64,000 bases of DNA from the human T2T-CHM13v2.0 reference genome, Homo sapiens: NCBI RefSeq assembly GCF_009914755.1, contig NC_060943.1; one strand, written 5' to 3'. Positions 55,955 to 64,000 of this stretch are shown here, in pieces. How positions within the stretch are numbered: position 1 is the stretch's first letter; every line of letters begins with the position of its first letter. The notes beneath the pieces were generated by a model. The model had not been told where the DNA came from. It worked only from the letters and a program-made list of their open reading frames with translations, and made no database searches. The position numbers and the translations under genes were made by a program.

Positions 55955-56317
55955 ACAAAGCGCCCCAAAGTGGGTGTCTGAAACAGCAGAAATGTATTGT
56001 CTCACAATTCTGGAGGCCAGATTACTGAGATGAAGGTGTGGGTAGTGAGGTTGCAGTGAGCCAAGATCACACCACTGCATTCCAGCCTGGGCAACAGAGT
56101 GAGACTCTGTCTCAAAAAAAACAAAAACAAAAACAAAAACGAAAACAAACACCAGTCATTGGATTTAGGGATCACCCTAAATCCAAGATGATGCCATGAT
56201 GTCATCTCAAGATCCTTCACTAAATCCACCTACAAAAACCCTGTTTCCAAATACGGTCACAGTCTGAAATTCTGGGTGGACATGAATTTTGGAGGTTCAC
56301 CATGTAACCCACTACAG
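55955..56317 (-). mobile_element. MLT1C-like LTR (internally deleted, with an Alu 3' fragment)
   Basis: AGAAATGTATTGTCTCACAATTCTGGAGGCCAG and CCAGTCATTGGATTTAGGG motifs. Confidence 0.75.
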
Positions 56318-56576
56318 TCATTAAAATATCCCACAAGTGTCCAGGTGACACCTCCATGTTTTTGTCCAATTTAAAGCATCTCCACTCCCCCCTGCTTCAG
56401 GCTGGGGTCAGGAAGGCATGATAAGGTGCTCTTTGAGTTCCTAGATGCTCTTCTCCTCATCACCCCCATCTCCCCAGGTGGTTTCTTTGTGAGCTGGTGC
56501 TGACTCCCAGAGCTGATTAGCTCGGGAAAGTGGGGTTGAAGGGGGCCTGTATGAACTAGGCTTCCCTTGTTGTAAG

Positions 56577-59925
<3,349 letters not shown>

Positions 59926-60175
59926 CTAGGTGTTGGATAAGAAAGTATTTGGTATACAATCCTTTTGACTATTAAAATTTGGCGGGGCGGGGAATGAAAA
60001 AATAAATAAAGAGAAAGGAAGCTTGTCTTGCCAGTGTTGACCACATAACTTCACCCTAGAAGGGGATTAATTCAACTCTCAGCACCTTAGGTCCAAAAAG
60101 ACACCAACCGCCCCCCGTCCAAAGTTATTAAATAAATAAAAACATTTGCCACCCAACTCTGGTGACTATTTGCAG

Positions 60176-60405
60176 TTACTCCCAGGCTGTGGACCACCTG
60201 TCGAGATGGAGAAGTCCTTCTGAGGCTATCCAAACACGGACCAGGCCATGAGACCCCGATGACCATCCCTGAATTTTTTCGAGAGTCAGTCAACCGATTT
60301 GGAACTTATCCAGCCCTCGCATCCAAGAATGGCAAAAAGTGGGAAATTCTGAATTTCAACCAGTACTATGAGGCTTGTCGGAAGGCTGCAAAATCCTTGA
60401 TCAAG
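60176..60405 (+). CDS. ACSBG2: ACSBG2 second coding exon
   Basis: Acceptor TTTGCAG| ends at 60175; donor AAG|GTAAGA after 60405. 67+230=297 nt, in frame. Encodes (V)TPRLWTTCRDGEVLLRLSKHGPGHETPMTIPEFFRESVNRFGTYPALASKNGKKWEILNFNQYYEACRKAAKSLIK, the recognised ACSBG2 sequence. The gene continues beyond the window. Confidence 0.96.
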
Positions 60406-60729
60406 GTAAGATTCATTCATTCATTCTCCTTTGTTCAACCATTCATTCTGAATAGGTAACACACATACATACATGTGGTACAAAATTCACAAGGCACCAA
60501 AAGATACAAAGGTTAATTGGCGAAAATTTCCCTCTGATTCATGAGCCTCAGCCACTCAGTTCCTCTCTGTGGAAGCGGTCACCATTGTCAGTTTTTTGTG
60601 TGTCCTTTTGGGAAATAAATTATGCATAAATATAAAATGAAATTTTTATATATGCAAATTTTTTACACACATAATAGCCTACTACACCCATGGTTCTGCA
60701 TCTTGCATTTGTCCCTAACATACTATCTC

Positions 60730-61090
60730 TATGTTTTTGTTAGTTGCTGCTGCATAACAAATTATCCCAAAATATAGTGACTTGAAATGACAAACATTTA
60801 TCATCTCACAGTTTCTGTGGATTGAGAATTTAGGAGCTACTTTGAAATTGGGTTCTTCTGGCTCCAGGTCTCTCATGAGGTTGCAGCCAAGCTATCAGCT
60901 GGGGCTATCTCATCTGAAGGCTCAACTGGGGCTGGAGGCTTCACTTCCAAGCTTACTTACCTAGATGACTGGTTGTTGGCAGGAAGTCTCAGCTCCTCAT
61001 TCCATGGCCTTCTCCACAGAATTGCTTGAGTGTCTTCACGGCATGGTTGCCAGTCACCCCTAGAATGAATGAAGCAAAAGAAAGAGGGAA
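60730..61090 (-). mobile_element. MLT1F-like MaLR LTR
   Basis: GCTGCATAACAAATTATCCCAAAA...CATCTGAAGGCTCAACTGGGGCTGGAGG; same family as the 31765 copy. Confidence 0.72.
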
Positions 61091-61092
61091 CA

Positions 61093-62850
<1,758 letters not shown>

Positions 62851-62851
62851 A

Positions 62852-63900
<1,049 letters not shown>

Positions 63901-64000
63901 CAAAACATAAAAATAAAAATAATAAATGGTGTGTTATGTAGAGGGAGGTAAACAAACCTCCCGTAGTCATAAAAATTAAAAATATTACACCTCAGATTTT

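Noticed and set aside
60259-60459. ORF-track 66-aa ORF starting MTIPEFF
   Set aside because: It is an internal part of the ACSBG2 exon reading into the intron, not a separate gene.

Overview
Primate (very probably human) genomic DNA, extremely Alu-dense (roughly 60 Alu copies or fragments, plus L1, L2, MaLR/ERV LTR and hAT DNA-transposon relics). I recognise it as the RFX2-ACSBG2 locus on 19p13.3. The only supportable protein-coding sequence is two + strand ACSBG2 exons: 54272-54338 (MTGTPKTQEGAKDLEVDMNKTE) and 60176-60405 (VTPRLWTTCRDGEV...KAAKSLIK). They splice in frame through canonical GT-AG sites. A CpG-island promoter at about 22.8-23.6 kb carries a non-coding first exon on the - strand (donor CAG|GTGACC at 23143). 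I assign it to RFX2 from recalled synteny and 5'UTR sequence, so 1-23142 would be RFX2 intron 1 and the two genes diverge head-to-head. Nearly all ORF-track entries are Alu, L1 or low-complexity artefacts. I see no novel multi-gene system. The best second-look items are regulatory or structural: tandem X-box/MYB arrays at the RFX2 start, a strong-Kozak uORF whose stop overlaps the ACSBG2 start, a candidate ATG-bearing 22-nt RFX2 micro-exon, a 51-bp A/B higher-order minisatellite, a tailless U6 retrocopy, LTRs carrying X-box/CRE motifs, and several template-switch or re-insertion scars. Repeat family names come from recalled consensus sequences and their coordinates are approximate.
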